From Octopus sinensis (Eukaryota): a DNA stretch of 64,000 nucleotides. A program made the translations under genes and the position numbers. The notes under the pieces were generated by a model that saw only the letters and a list, made by a program, of their open reading frames with translations, was not told the DNA's origin and searched no databases. The stretch is taken from assembly GCF_006345805.1 (NCBI RefSeq), contig NC_043008.1, positions 51,460,001 to 51,524,000 of the forward strand. The letters run 5' to 3'. Position 1 is the stretch's first letter, and each line of letters opens with the position of its first letter. Positions 41,391-54,413 of this stretch are shown in pieces.

Positions 41391-41859
41391 AATTATTTGG
41401 TAATGTCGATTACCTGGTTCGGTTTTGAATAAATGAAAAAATTGGCGAATTAAAGCGAAATCAAAAATCTAAAAATAGCAACAGAAGAAGAGTTCAACGT
41501 TTTACAAGCTGGTGTTGTGTCGTTGCCATGGATATCGGTTGTATTCGAAGTCATGAATAGATAATTATCCATCTACCCATCCTTCTTCTCTACCGGTTAT
41601 TCGAGGGAGGATCCGCGGAGTTCCTCAGGTATCTCGGCACGTTTTCCAAAGGGTCGCATCAGAAGCAATCGTCATTTGACTTTCCGACTGGATTTCGAAG
41701 TGTGACCGGCTGAAACTATGGATATTATTCAGCCATGTCGTTTTGGCTTACTCGTAGGTCTCTTCCTGATTGGTTCCGCTTCAAGGGAGAATCCGTTTTG
41801 CGATTCTTTTCTGCATCCTCCAAGGAAAAATAGCTGAATAAATTTCAAAATGACGAAAC

Positions 41860-41910
<51 letters not shown>

Positions 41911-43649
41911 ACACACACATACACACACACATACACACACACATACATACACACACACACAGCATACACACAAACACACACACACACACATAGACGAATC
42001 AAAACAGTAACGAAACTCTCCCAATAATCTTTCTTTTTAAAGAAAGGAAGAAAAAGGAAATAAGTTATTTTGGGGTCATTCTTGTATGGAATGAAGCATG
42101 GCATGAGATATGTTGAAATTAGGGACAATGGCATCATAGAAGAAACTGGATAAACATTTAAAACACGCATAACTACGCACATGTATGTATGTATGTATGT
42201 ATGTATGTATGTTGTATGTATGTATGTATGTATGTATGTATGTATGTATGTATGCATGTATGTATGTAGGTAGGTTGGTACATCACGTACGTACGCGTTT
42301 ATGCATATTTATATGTGCAAGAACTTAGTAGAATGAGCAGCCATCCAATAGATGAGCATGAAAGACCCCTATTTTTAGGGGATAGGGTTTTCGAAATTAC
42401 GAAGCCAGAAATCTTGCTCTTTGCTTGTATCTGGACTACTTGACTTTGTAGGTTAGAATCTTAGCGATGTTTTGCAACCTGTTATTGACTTTAAAATTCA
42501 GTACAAGCATTATTGATAGACTTTGTCTTTAACATTTAACGTAAGATAATTTGTCTGTGGTGGTCTTACGTATTTACAAGCTGACAACCTCCATGTATGT
42601 ATGCGTGTGTGCGTATATCTGTATCTGTGCATGTATGCGTATGTGTGTGTATGTGTGTGTGTGTGTAACTGTGTGCATGTATATATGTAACCATTTATAT
42701 CTATATCTATATGCACGTATGTATCAATCAATCTTTCTCTCTCTCTCTCTCTCTCACCTGTCTGTGTGTCTGTCTGTCAATCTGCCTATCCGTTTATGTA
42801 CCACTATATTCATTTCTGTTTTATTTCGTGATAGTAACCATTCGGTTAGAGCGAACCTTCAAATCTTCATTTTTAATATTATCCTTGCAAATGTTATCGT
42901 AGGATATATTGTTCACACTTGGGCGGTGACGATAATTTACGGGCAACCAACTTCCATCGCCCATCTTAGGAACTGTTCAAACCAATCGCAGTAGTGTCGA
43001 GTAACTGTCAAGAATGACATCAGGAATGCCTTTCGTCGCTCGGATAACGCAAGGAAAAGGATTACATAACATAAAAGCCATACATTATTTCGACGTACAT
43101 CTGGTCAGTAAAGTATATATAAAAAAAAAAGCGAGAGAAAAGAAAGATCGCATTAAAATATTTTTATTCAAAGAGTCAGTACCAGCTGGCTGAAAAATAG
43201 CTATGAATTGGCAGTTTTAATCCATTTTCTAGCAGACTGTGAGCAGTCGTGAAGAATCAATGTGTTGGAATTAAAGAACCTCTTTGATGTTTCCCAAACA
43301 TGAGAAGCATAATAATTGCATCAGCTAATGACTAGAAGTTATGATGTATATATTTTCGAAACCATCTTAATGCAGGAACACTCTCTGTCGTCTAGCTTCC
43401 AAATAACATCATCTAAGCTATGGAACATCTCCACGCAATGTAATGAGAAGAGAGACTGCTGGAAATAACAGCAACCTTTATTTCTATTTATTTCATTTAA
43501 TGGAAAGGAAGGATACATAAAATGATATCGTCTGAGATACCTGAGGATTTTAATAAAGGATGGGATTGTCATGGCTAGAATGTCTTTGATCATACGTCTG
43601 CTCAACTGTGATTGAACAGACCTACATTAAATAATGTAGGCTTAGATTC

Positions 43650-44018
43650 AATCTTTTTAATCTGTTATTTGTGTCAGTCATTGGACTGTGGCCATACTGG
43701 GGCATCGCCTTGAAGTGTTTAGCCAAACAAACCAGCTGCAGTAATATTATATCAGTCTCTTGTCGAACAGCTTAGTCACGGGGTCGTAAACAAACCAACA
43801 CCGGTTGTCAAGCAGTGGTGAAGGTATGGACAAACACAAGTACGAAGATACATACACACACTCATATGACGCGCTTCCACACAGTTTCCATGAAACAAAT
43901 TTACTCACAAGGCATTGGATGGCTATAGTAGAAGAACTTGCCTAAGGTGTCGCATAGTCGGCATGAATCTAAAGCGGAGTGGTTCCAAAGCGAGCTTCTT
44001 AACCCCATAGCCATGCCT
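43650..44018 (-). mobile_element. SINE family 2, diverged full copy
   Basis: cagtcattggactgtggccatactgg..ggttgtcaagcagtgg..cttccacacagtttccat..ctatagtagaagaacttgcctaaggtg..gcttcttaacc. Confidence 0.8.
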
Positions 44019-44870
44019 CTATATGTATGAATAACAGACAGGATGGCCATGGCAGGATAGGATCTGTTCGAGGTTACAGAACTGCCATTTCAGCGACAAC
44101 AGCATCGGCAGCAACAAAAGTAATGCGTTAAATAGTGCGGTCCTCGGTACATTGCGTCTGAATAAAAGACGGAAAGGTCATGGCGAGATTGACTTTGATT
44201 ATAGGTCCGCTCAATTCGAACTGACCTGGAGCTAAATAGCAGCGACAACAACTAAATATGCTTTGAATAAAGAGACCTTAGATACACTATGAGTCGACAT
44301 AAGAGAGGATGGTCACGGCGGGAAAACTTTTGATCAAAGATCTGCTGTATCGCATTTGACATACAAGCCCCAGTGCCACCATCACTGCGAGTGCTACCTT
44401 CCTCTTCCTCCTCCTCCTCTCCTCCTCCTCCTCATCATCATCATAATCATCAGTAGCAGCTGCAGTAGCAGTATTGCTACTACCACTACCACTGCTACCA
44501 TTACAACCATCACCTACCACACACGATCATAACTACCACTACTACCAATGCGCCGCCGCTGCCGCAACCACCACCTGCACCACCAATACTACTATACTCT
44601 GGAACCACAGAGTCAACTTGGGATCCTGTCCGTCGACGCTGGGTGTGCTAGAAACAGCAGGCAAATCTGCCACAAGTCTCCTTCAAATCATGTCTTGTTT
44701 TTAAAATATACATTTGTGATATATTAGATAAGAAGAAACAAGAACAAAAAAATGTCTCGATATCTGACGAGATGCCGGATCAGTTTCCCGCCCCGACATC
44801 CGAAACTCGGAGTCTTATTATGGCAACCGAATAATTGCTACATATTATAGTATATGATATTACATTACAT

Positions 44871-44902
<32 letters not shown>

Positions 44903-46237
44903 AACACTGTGAAAGATAGAGATACATATATGCATATATGTACACACACACACATATATATATGATTGTACGTATGCTTATGTAACGAAATCGAATTTAA
45001 TTAGAACGATGATGGTTCTAAACTAGCAAACACACACACACATTCAAAGACAAATGGCAACAACCAAAATCACTCAATGCTGGTCAGTCGACGGAGCAAT
45101 CATGTGTGAAGAAAAATTTTATTGAAAAGAACCATCCCGAAACTTAACGAGGAAGACTTTGAAAAACTTAAACAACGACTGACGGGGCCGAATCAACTAT
45201 TTTATACCCCAAAAGAAAGAAAATTCTCAACATGCAAAAATGGAAAAAGGAAACAAAATAAATAAAACATAAGAATAAATATGAAAAATGAAAGACAAAA
45301 AAAAATCAAAAATAAAATCTGCTGACGGCATTTCCCTCATGAACTAGATAGTTCAATAGATTTTTGTTTGAGAGAATATATAATCAATGATTAAGAGCAT
45401 TTTTTGGATCACAAGACAAAAGTTGGTTGCCACCATCCCAGGTCAGTGCAAGATAGACATGTTAAATTGCATCTTATCAAGAGGCCAGGGAACAGCAACA
45501 AAACACTGCAGACCGATTATTATCGTATTTTATATTTATATATTTATTTCTTTATTTTGTTATGTTTTAGTAGAGAATCTGGCAATATTAACTTTGAAGG
45601 AATATATTCCGGTTAAAAGATTTCAAGATAAGATCTCGTGAGATCTCGTGCGAAGTCTCACGAGGAGATTGTCTGCGCACAAAAATAAAAAAAATATAAT
45701 AGCATAAAAATAGGTGTAGATCTGTGGTTTGCTCCCAACTGCAGAGTTTCGTGGTCAGTTCCACTGAGTGGCCCCTTGGTACATTGGATACTGTCTTCTA
45801 TTATACCTTTGGACTGACCAACGCGTAGCGAGTGAATTTGAAAGAGCTGAAAGAAACCCGTCGTGTCTATCTATCTATCTATCTGTCTGTCTGTCTGTCT
45901 GTCTACCTATCTAACACGCACACATATGCCTAACTGTCAGACTGCATAAGCAGTCTGACAGGCGTTTAACAAAACCAAGTGCTCCAATAATTATTGGTAT
46001 AAATGTAAATTTGTATGTATGTATGTATATATCCTAAACAAGGTTTAATTAAATCTTCAGTGTAGGTTTTATTCATTTAATACATGCTTCATTTTGATGT
46101 CTCACGTTCCACTTTCGAGATCTACATTAAAGGAAGAAAAAAACCCGACATCTCAACTAAAAGATATGCTAAATCCATTTATACTTTTATGGGTGAAATA
46201 AATATCAGAGATGCTTCGCCTCACGCAGAAACTGTAT

Positions 46238-46486
<249 letters not shown>

Positions 46487-46585
46487 GCATATCTACACAC
46501 GAACCCAAAACAATCCCTTATCTACCAACCAGCCTTCCAACACACCTTCCAGACTACAGTCCTGTCCACACCTTAGTGCATCTCA

Positions 46586-46650
<65 letters not shown>

Positions 46651-47253
46651 GAACTAATTATCCATCTATCTCTTTCGTCCTAAGCGGAAGGAAGGAAGGA
46701 AAGCAGCTGACGGCCACTTTACATCTGCTCGTGTTGACGTCATGGTCGAGCCAGTTGCTAGGCATGACACTAAAGTATTTAATATCTAAAAAGGATAATG
46801 GCTTTCAACGACGAAACGAAAGCAGGATTTTGTCTTCCAATTTCACCATCCCTGTACAGGAAGCCACCGTAGAAATAGTCAGACTTTTCTGCTTCATCTT
46901 TCACAGATTACTGTCCGTGATTGTGGACTTGGTGCGGGGACGCTTCATTGGAATGCTCTTACGTGTGTGTATGTGCGCGAGCGACGTATCTCTCTTTGTG
47001 TGTGTGGTGTGTGTGTGTACATATGTGTGTACGTATATGTGCATACATACTTTCACACACACACACACAGATATATATGTGTAATATATGTACACATAAT
47101 TATAGCACACATGCACACGCACGCGTATATATAAATATATACATGTGTGTGTGTATTCATGTATATGTGTTTAGAAACACGTTTATATATATATATATTA
47201 TTATTATAATATATATATATATGTGTATATATATATGTATTATATATATGTAT

Positions 47254-47297
<44 letters not shown>

Positions 47298-47914
47298 TAT
47301 ATATATAATATTATATTATATATATATATATATATATGCATATATATATATGCATATATATACGTGTGGGTATATATATATATATATATATATCAGTATA
47401 TACACACGTAATTATGGCACACATGCATAGAAATATATGTATATATACACATACATATACAAGTGTGTGTACATGTGTCTGTGTGTGTGTGTGTATGTAT
47501 CATGATATGTGCGCACATTGAATATCGATTAAGCTGATTGTCGAGACCAGGCCATTGGAGAACATAAAATATAAAAAAATATAAAAATGGAGCAAAAGGA
47601 AACAAGAAAAATAAAAAAAAAGAAACGAAACAGCAGAAGCGAGAGTCATGTAAATAAATGACCATCCGAATAGACACTTGTTTCTAGAAGAATACTCCCC
47701 CCTACACACATACATATGCACAAAGAAAAAAAAGAAATATATATATAAATAACATAGATGACGAAAAAAAAGAGAGTAAAATACAGTAAAAGCAGAGAAA
47801 TAAAGATGGCAGAAAAGAAAAAGAGGGGACAGCAAGATGGACACCATAACGATGACGACGTGAAGGATACACGACTACCACCGCCATTACTAGAATCACA
47901 AACGAAAATAAAAA

Positions 47915-47928
47915 TAGCAATAATAATG

Positions 47929-47974
<46 letters not shown>

Positions 47975-48185
47975 TAATAATAACAATAATAAAAAAAAGC
48001 AATAATAATAATAATAATAATAACAATAATAATGACAATAATAATAATAATAATATAATAATAATAATAATAATAGTAATAATAATAACAACAACTACAA
48101 TAATAATAATAATAACAACAACAACAACAACAACAATGACAACAACAACGACAGCCGCAATAACAACAGCAGTAGCAGCAGTAGC
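47915..48185. repeat. (AAT)n grading into (AAC)n and (AGC)n
   Basis: Direct reading. Confidence 0.95.
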
Positions 48186-49565
48186 AACTAGAAAATCAGC
48201 TCAGCAGGAGATGTAGGAATCGGACTGAGAATCACTTAGATGATGGCGAGATAATAGTTTTGAAAAGGGGGATATTTAGAAAGCCATGAAAAGACTTAGA
48301 GCAAGAAAAAGGAGATTGTTGCGATGGAAATAAGTTATTCAACGACGCCATTTTCGTTGAAAAGATGGCGCTAAAAGACTTTACTGTTCACTCATTAAGG
48401 AATAGTTTTTGTAGATTTTGTTGTTGTTCAATTTATTGTAATATTGTCATTACCGTTTCAGCGAGTTCATTTTATTATTTCTTAAATGGTGAAATAACAC
48501 TGTATAAAGCTATAGAATCTGTTAGCACTAGAGTTATGTATGTGTGTGTGTTTGTTTGTGCGTGTGTGTGCATATGTGTGAGCGCGTGAGAGTGTGTGTC
48601 TGTTAATGTCTATGTGTAAATGTACATTTATATATGTGTGTATATGTACGTGTGTATGCACACATACAGTTGTATATGCCTAATGATGTTTATATGCATA
48701 TGTGTGCCACACACGCATCCGTGGCATACGTATGTATATATATAATATATATTATATATATATATATATATATGTTTGTGTGTGTGTGTATACATGTATG
48801 CATACATGTTTATTTGCATGTATATATTCTCATATACATGCACACGCATATATGTACGAATAATGGCATACATATGTTTGAGCATGTGTATGCGAATGTC
48901 GCGTATATATATGTGTGTGTGTGTGTATAAATGTATGTATATACATATATAATTGTAATTATAAAATGCATTAACGTATCTTTATGTACATGTACTTTTA
49001 CCTTTCCCCAGCAGACAAACACACGCACATTCGCGCGCATGTACACACACACAGAGACACAGACACACACACACACTGGTTTCCCCAGTCCTAATCGTTA
49101 TTCGACTTTTTCTCTTTAAGATTAAGACTATCCGACTCGCTGTTTACAACCTGATTTCTCGCCTTCATTTCCGTAAAGATGACACGCTATATAGGTCCAT
49201 AGTTACTGCCCCTAAAGGAAACCTCACCCTACACATTCTCCCCTGCTTCTAACCCATCTTGCTACTATACTATGCCTAACTTATCCATGGTATGGAATTA
49301 CAAATGGTAACTGTGGATAATCCGCATGCAACTATTGTTTTTTTTCTTATCATCAACGTGACCCGTGATCCAATAGATATACAGTTAAAGGGATTCCAAT
49401 TATGACCATCAAGACAGTTATCCACATATATCTACTGTATGATTGTGAAGAATATGCGTTGTGTTGCTATTGTTGTTGGCATTAAAAGCAAGGTCCTAAA
49501 AGCTCAGCTTGGATGGAGCGACCATGTGTGATCCACATGGATCTACCCAGGATGGCGCAACATTT

Positions 49566-49665
49566 NNNNNNNNNNNNNNNNNNNNNNNNNNNNNNNNNNN
49601 NNNNNNNNNNNNNNNNNNNNNNNNNNNNNNNNNNNNNNNNNNNNNNNNNNNNNNNNNNNNNNNNN
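49566..49665. other. Assembly gap (100 N)
   Basis: Run of exactly 100 N, typical of a fixed-size scaffold gap. Confidence 0.99.
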
Positions 49666-51049
49666 TCGTGTTTTGGTGATTAGAAATTTCACTATGTACG
49701 AAATAAAGTACTTTCGCCAGTTCACAGAAATTTCCCAATAAACAGCGATGGAATTATCTACAATAATTCACTAATTCGATTCAGTTTATTAAAATTGCAA
49801 ATAAAGAAATGTGCCATGAGTTATTCCCTAAGACCATCCCGGCAGTAAGTGTGTAGGGGAGGAGAGCAAGAGGCCATCAAAGACGTTTATAGATTAAACA
49901 CCTCGAAGAATGGAGTGGAAACAAGAGCTTGTCTGATTGTATGCATACAACACAACACAGAGGGAACTGAACTAGAACGTCTTAAATGCAACAATGTGAC
50001 GCCATAGCTATAACTTTGAGGTTAAAGCACGAGTTGACATTCCCAGACCTCTGCGAATGCGACTACGACAACGACGATGACGGCGAACATCTGTGGAGGA
50101 GTTTGGGGTGACACATGTTTCTGTAACACGTCGCCTTGATTGAGGCACAGTCTTAAATCAGTCGTAAGACAAGAATAGGCGTTTGGCATGTGGAATGATA
50201 TTAGGCCCCCCCCCCCCCGAACTCTACAAGCTGGACGATACAGTCAAAAGAAAGGCAAATAGGGTACGACTCCAAGAATCGTTTCCAGGCATGCGCACGA
50301 TTCTTGAAGTCGACGGGGAGAGTTTGAGCAGTCTCCTCTTGAAGACTTTCACTCTGGAGATTAGGGACAATTTTCAGAAACTTATGGCTTGTTAGTTCTA
50401 CGGAGAAATCATCTCCCGTTCAGGACAAAGCCACATGTAGGATGCATGTAAGTATGTGTATGCGTGTGTATGCGTCTACATATAAATGTGTATGTATGTA
50501 TGTATGTGTGTGTATGCATGCATGTATGTATGTATGTATGTATGTATGTATGTATGTATGTATGTATGTATGTATGTATGTATGTATGTATGTGTGTGTA
50601 TGTATGTGTGTGTATGTATGTATGTATGTAAGTGTTTATGCTTGTGTGCTAAGCGGAAACTCGCTACCGGACGAACGGACACCAAAAGAAGCCTTCAGAA
50701 GAACTCCTATCAAGCTAACTTTTCAGTCCAATAGTTCCTGACACTCTAAGGGAGCTGGGTTCACCTAGGTCATGACTACAACGTATCCTCCTACTGTTTT
50801 GGAAATACTACCTTTTATGTGGACTGAACTCGAAGCTTTCGTGTAATCATATTTCCTGGCATATATGTATATATGTGTATATATGCATGCATGTACGAAT
50901 ACATATACAAGTGTATATGTATGTGTGTATGCTTTTTCGCTTATAACGCGTGGAAAAACCAGTGCGCTCTTTGTTCACGTTTTGTAACTTTGCAGTTCGA
51001 AAATTAGAGTTAGATAAGATATGTGTGTGTGTGTGTGTGTGTTGTGTGT

Positions 51050-51372
51050 ACAAATCTCTCGTGGAAGCGTCATCCAACCAAAATGCAAATATATGGGAAA
51101 CCACCACCTGTGTCATCTCTTGTGAAAGGTAGGAGAGTCCAGTTTGCTGGACATTGTTGTAGAGCTGAAAACGAGGCAATTTCTACTCTTTTCTTCTGGA
51201 AGCCATCTACTCGCAATACCAGAGGGCGCACACTCTCCTACCCTGATGTAATCTCCAGGGATACAGGCATCCAGCAACAGGACCTCCGTAATGCTATGAT
51301 GGACCGTGAAGTCTGGCGTAGCATGGTAAATTCCATTGTCTCGACCACGGTCGAACAATGTGATGATGGTGA
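51050..51372 (+). mobile_element. 3' end of an RTE-clade LINE
   Basis: RRVQFAGHCCRAE..LFFWKP..RGRTLSYPDVISRDTG..DLRNAMMDREVWRSMV followed by a (GAT)n-like tail. Confidence 0.85.
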
Positions 51373-51378
51373 TGTATG

Positions 51379-51437
<59 letters not shown>

Positions 51438-51472
51438 CGGGAAGCTTTATGAAAATAAACAAAAGACGAAGG

Positions 51473-51506
<34 letters not shown>

Positions 51507-51699
51507 TATAGATTTAAAGTAACTATTAAGGTCTATATGATTCACTAAAATTTTTCATATGCGGTATCCCAGCATGATTGAACCAAGAAATATTTTAAGT
51601 ATATAAAGTAGAAGCCTTTACAATCACGAGTAACGTTATAAAATAATTTGTGATATCAAAATTCATGTGTACCAAACATGTTATGTCTCTACTTGAAAT

Positions 51700-51912
51700 T
51701 TGTTTCAAATTTTGGCACAAGGCGCACCATTTTCGTGGAGAGAGAAGTCGATTACACGTCCCCATTTTTCCACTGGTACTTATTTTATCGACTCCCAAAG
51801 GATGAAATATAAAGTCGACCTCGGCGGAATTTGAGCTCACAACGTATAGACGGACACAATGCCGCTAAACATTTTGCCCGATGTCTTAACAATTCTACCA
51901 GCTCGCCACCTT
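51700..51912 (-). mobile_element. SINE family 1 copy
   Basis: aaagtcgacctcggcggaatttgagctca..aacaattctaccagctcgccacctt. Confidence 0.85.
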
Positions 51913-51934
51913 TTCATCTTTACTAGGACGCCAT

Positions 51935-52130
51935 GATAGATCGTTAGCCCCTACACGCATTTTTTTTCTCTCCTTGTTTGTCTCCTTGTTTTTTTTTCTG
52001 TGTATCTTTCTGTCGAAGATCGTAGGCTCGAAACGTAAAAGACTTTTTCTATCCCTGAGCGCTATACTAATACATTTTTTGTTTGTACTCCACCTGCCTT
52101 CGTCTTTTGTTTATTTTCGTAAACTTTCCC
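51935..52130 (+). mobile_element. Penelope-LTR-like repeat carrying a minimal hammerhead-like motif
   Basis: tcttt-CTGTCGA-A-GATC-gtag-GCTC-GAAAC-GTA-aaaga at 52005-52042; related copies at 2.9 and 26.3 kb. Confidence 0.7.
52005..52042 (+). ncRNA. Putative minimal type I hammerhead ribozyme variant (CUGUCGA core)
   Basis: Stem I TCTTT/AAAGA, stem II GATC/GCTC (one mismatch), GAAAC, palindromic ACGT helix III, GUA cleavage triplet; position 6 is U rather than the canonical A. Confidence 0.5.
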
Positions 52131-52433
52131 TTAATATTATCAGCCAGCTGAGGGCAGAATCGTCACCGTACCGGACAAAATGCTTAGCAGCATTTATTCT
52201 GATTTTCGTTCTGAGTTCGACTTTGCCTTTCATTCTTTCAGATTCGGTTGTGCACTGGGGTTAACGTCAACAACTCTGCTGGCCTTGTGCCAAAAACTGA
52301 AACCAATATTATCGGCCGGTTATTGTTATCTAAATGGTCATAATTCACTATTTCCAATATATATTATCACTTTTGGCGATAATCAAGTACGTACAGAATT
52401 AAAGGAAGATAATTTGTTATTTCTAATTGTATG

Positions 52434-52617
52434 AAGAGTTACTTCCCTTGCATCAATTGATCGACGATTTTGTTCATATGTTCTGTTGTTGATAAACATT
52501 TGTCATCCAAAAGATATTCCCCGATTACAAAGAACAATAATTGGATATTTACTTACGAATCTGCCAGAATGAAAGGCGAAACGTTTCGATTGTCAGAAAG
52601 TAAGGGAAGTAACTCTT
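52434..52617. mobile_element. 184-bp element with perfect 16-bp inverted termini
   Basis: aagagttacttccctt (52434-52449) / aagggaagtaactctt (52602-52617). Confidence 0.65.
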
Positions 52618-52847
52618 TTTAAAGCAATTCGAATATCCATGTTTGGCCCTCTCCTACCGCTTTACGATTAGTGGGGGTGTGTTTACATGCCTATAACATA
52701 ACGGTCTGGCATAAAGAAACAATTAAATGAGTACTTAACAACTGGGGTTGATTTGTTAGACTAAACCCTTGAAGATAGTGCCCATCATGGCGGCAGTCTA
52801 ATGGTTAATACAAGTAAAGAATTATATATATATATATATATATAAAT

Positions 52848-53087
52848 CAATTGCAGTGTGGAAGGTGTTTATAAACCATTTAAGAAACACAAAAACCGTT
52901 AGATTCACTTCAACATTTAAATTTAATTTGTCAAAATATTTTCGTCGCTTTGAGACCGCGACCTGTTCACTGACGGTCTCAAAAATGACGAAAATATTTT
53001 GATAAATTAAATTTAAATGTTGCAGTGAATCTAACGGTTTTTGTGTGTTTCTTAAATGGCTTATAAACACCTTCCATGCTGCAATTG
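52848..53087. repeat. Long fold-back (~110-bp arms, 15-nt loop) of an interspersed repeat
   Basis: caattgcagtgtggaaggtgtttataa...tgagaccg (52848-52958) pairs with cggtctca...ttataaacaccttccatgctgcaattg (52974-53087). Confidence 0.92.
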
Positions 53088-53144
53088 TTTTCGTTCCAGC
53101 ACACGATCTCAGATCAGGTCACTTGCTATGCAAGTACATCTCAG

Positions 53145-53198
<54 letters not shown>

Positions 53199-53324
53199 TT
53201 ATATAGTACAAAGTAAGATATATATATATATTGAAAGGAAAGAGAGAATGTAATTTGTATGCATATATATATATATGTATATATATGAATATATATATAT
53301 ATATGTATATGTATGAATATATAT

Positions 53325-53404
<80 letters not shown>

Positions 53405-53814
53405 CCTTGCAGCGTGAATTTTTTGATATGTTAGTAGACATTTTTATAGTATGTATGATTTCTTGAAGATTTTCGTTAAAGCAATAATATTTTGTATGCT
53501 TTTGATGTTCTCTTTTGTAAAATGAATAAATAATCTAACATTATAATATCCGTAAGTTGATGAACAAACTAATGATGATATTAGTCAAAATTGGGCAGAA
53601 GGACTGGGATAATTGACTAGATCATCATCTGTCAGAACTTGTCTGGTATCTACTTATTTTATCAAAGCTCTATAAGTATAAAAGAGACAAAGGTGACCTT
53701 GGCATGATTTGAACTCAAAACATAAAGATATGCAATTAAATAAAAAATTGTACAGCATTTTTTTTTGTTGTTGTTGATATTTCATTTACTGAAGATATAA
53801 AAAAAATCAAAAAC

Positions 53815-54175
53815 TATCCGTTTCCACTAGGTAACAACAGCTGGCATGGGTTGGGTGGTTTCTCCGGAACTGGTAAACCGGAGCGCCGTATCAGGCTCCA
53901 GTCAGATTTGGTATGGTTTCTACAGCTAGATGCCCTTCCTAACACCAACCACTCCGAGAGTACAATGGATGCATCTTACGTGCCACCGGCACCATTTCCA
54001 TGACACTGGCAATGGCCATGATATATGATTTCACTTGATGAGTCTTCTCAAGCACAGCATATCGCCAAAGGTCTTGGTTACTTGTTGTTGCCTCCATGAG
54101 GCCGATATTCAAAAATCGTGCAAACGGCAATGGCCACAATTATGATATATCTATATATATGTTCATCATCATCAT
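53815..54175 (-). mobile_element. Family 4 non-autonomous retroelement (RTE-type tail), diverged
   Basis: gtttctacagctagatgcccttcctaacaccaaccactccgagag..ttacgtgccaccggcac, shared with 58142-58365 and 61465-61822. Confidence 0.75.
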
Positions 54176-54334
54176 CAATTAATATATGTGTTCCATGCTA
54201 GCTTGGGTTAGACGGAACCACAAGAGCCGGCCAAGGCCGAAGCCAGCACCGGACTTCTGTGACTGTTTTGGTGGGATTTTAACAGCTGGATACCCTTACA
54301 AACACCAACCACTCAGCAGGCACGCACACACACA

Positions 54335-54377
<43 letters not shown>

Positions 54378-54381
54378 ATTA

Positions 54382-54413
<32 letters not shown>

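Noticed and set aside
43339-43605. 88-aa non-repetitive ORF
   Set aside because: No recognisable motif or splice signals; possibly an old TE remnant but unsupported
46735-46742. Full CRE palindrome TGACGTCA (also at 16393-16400)
   Set aside because: One or two 8-mer hits are expected by chance in 64 kb and there is no supporting promoter context
49495-50850. Possible degraded RTE LINE spanning the gap (LKAQLGWSDHV; LPDERTPK)
   Set aside because: Motif matches are too short and interrupted by the N gap and microsatellites to call
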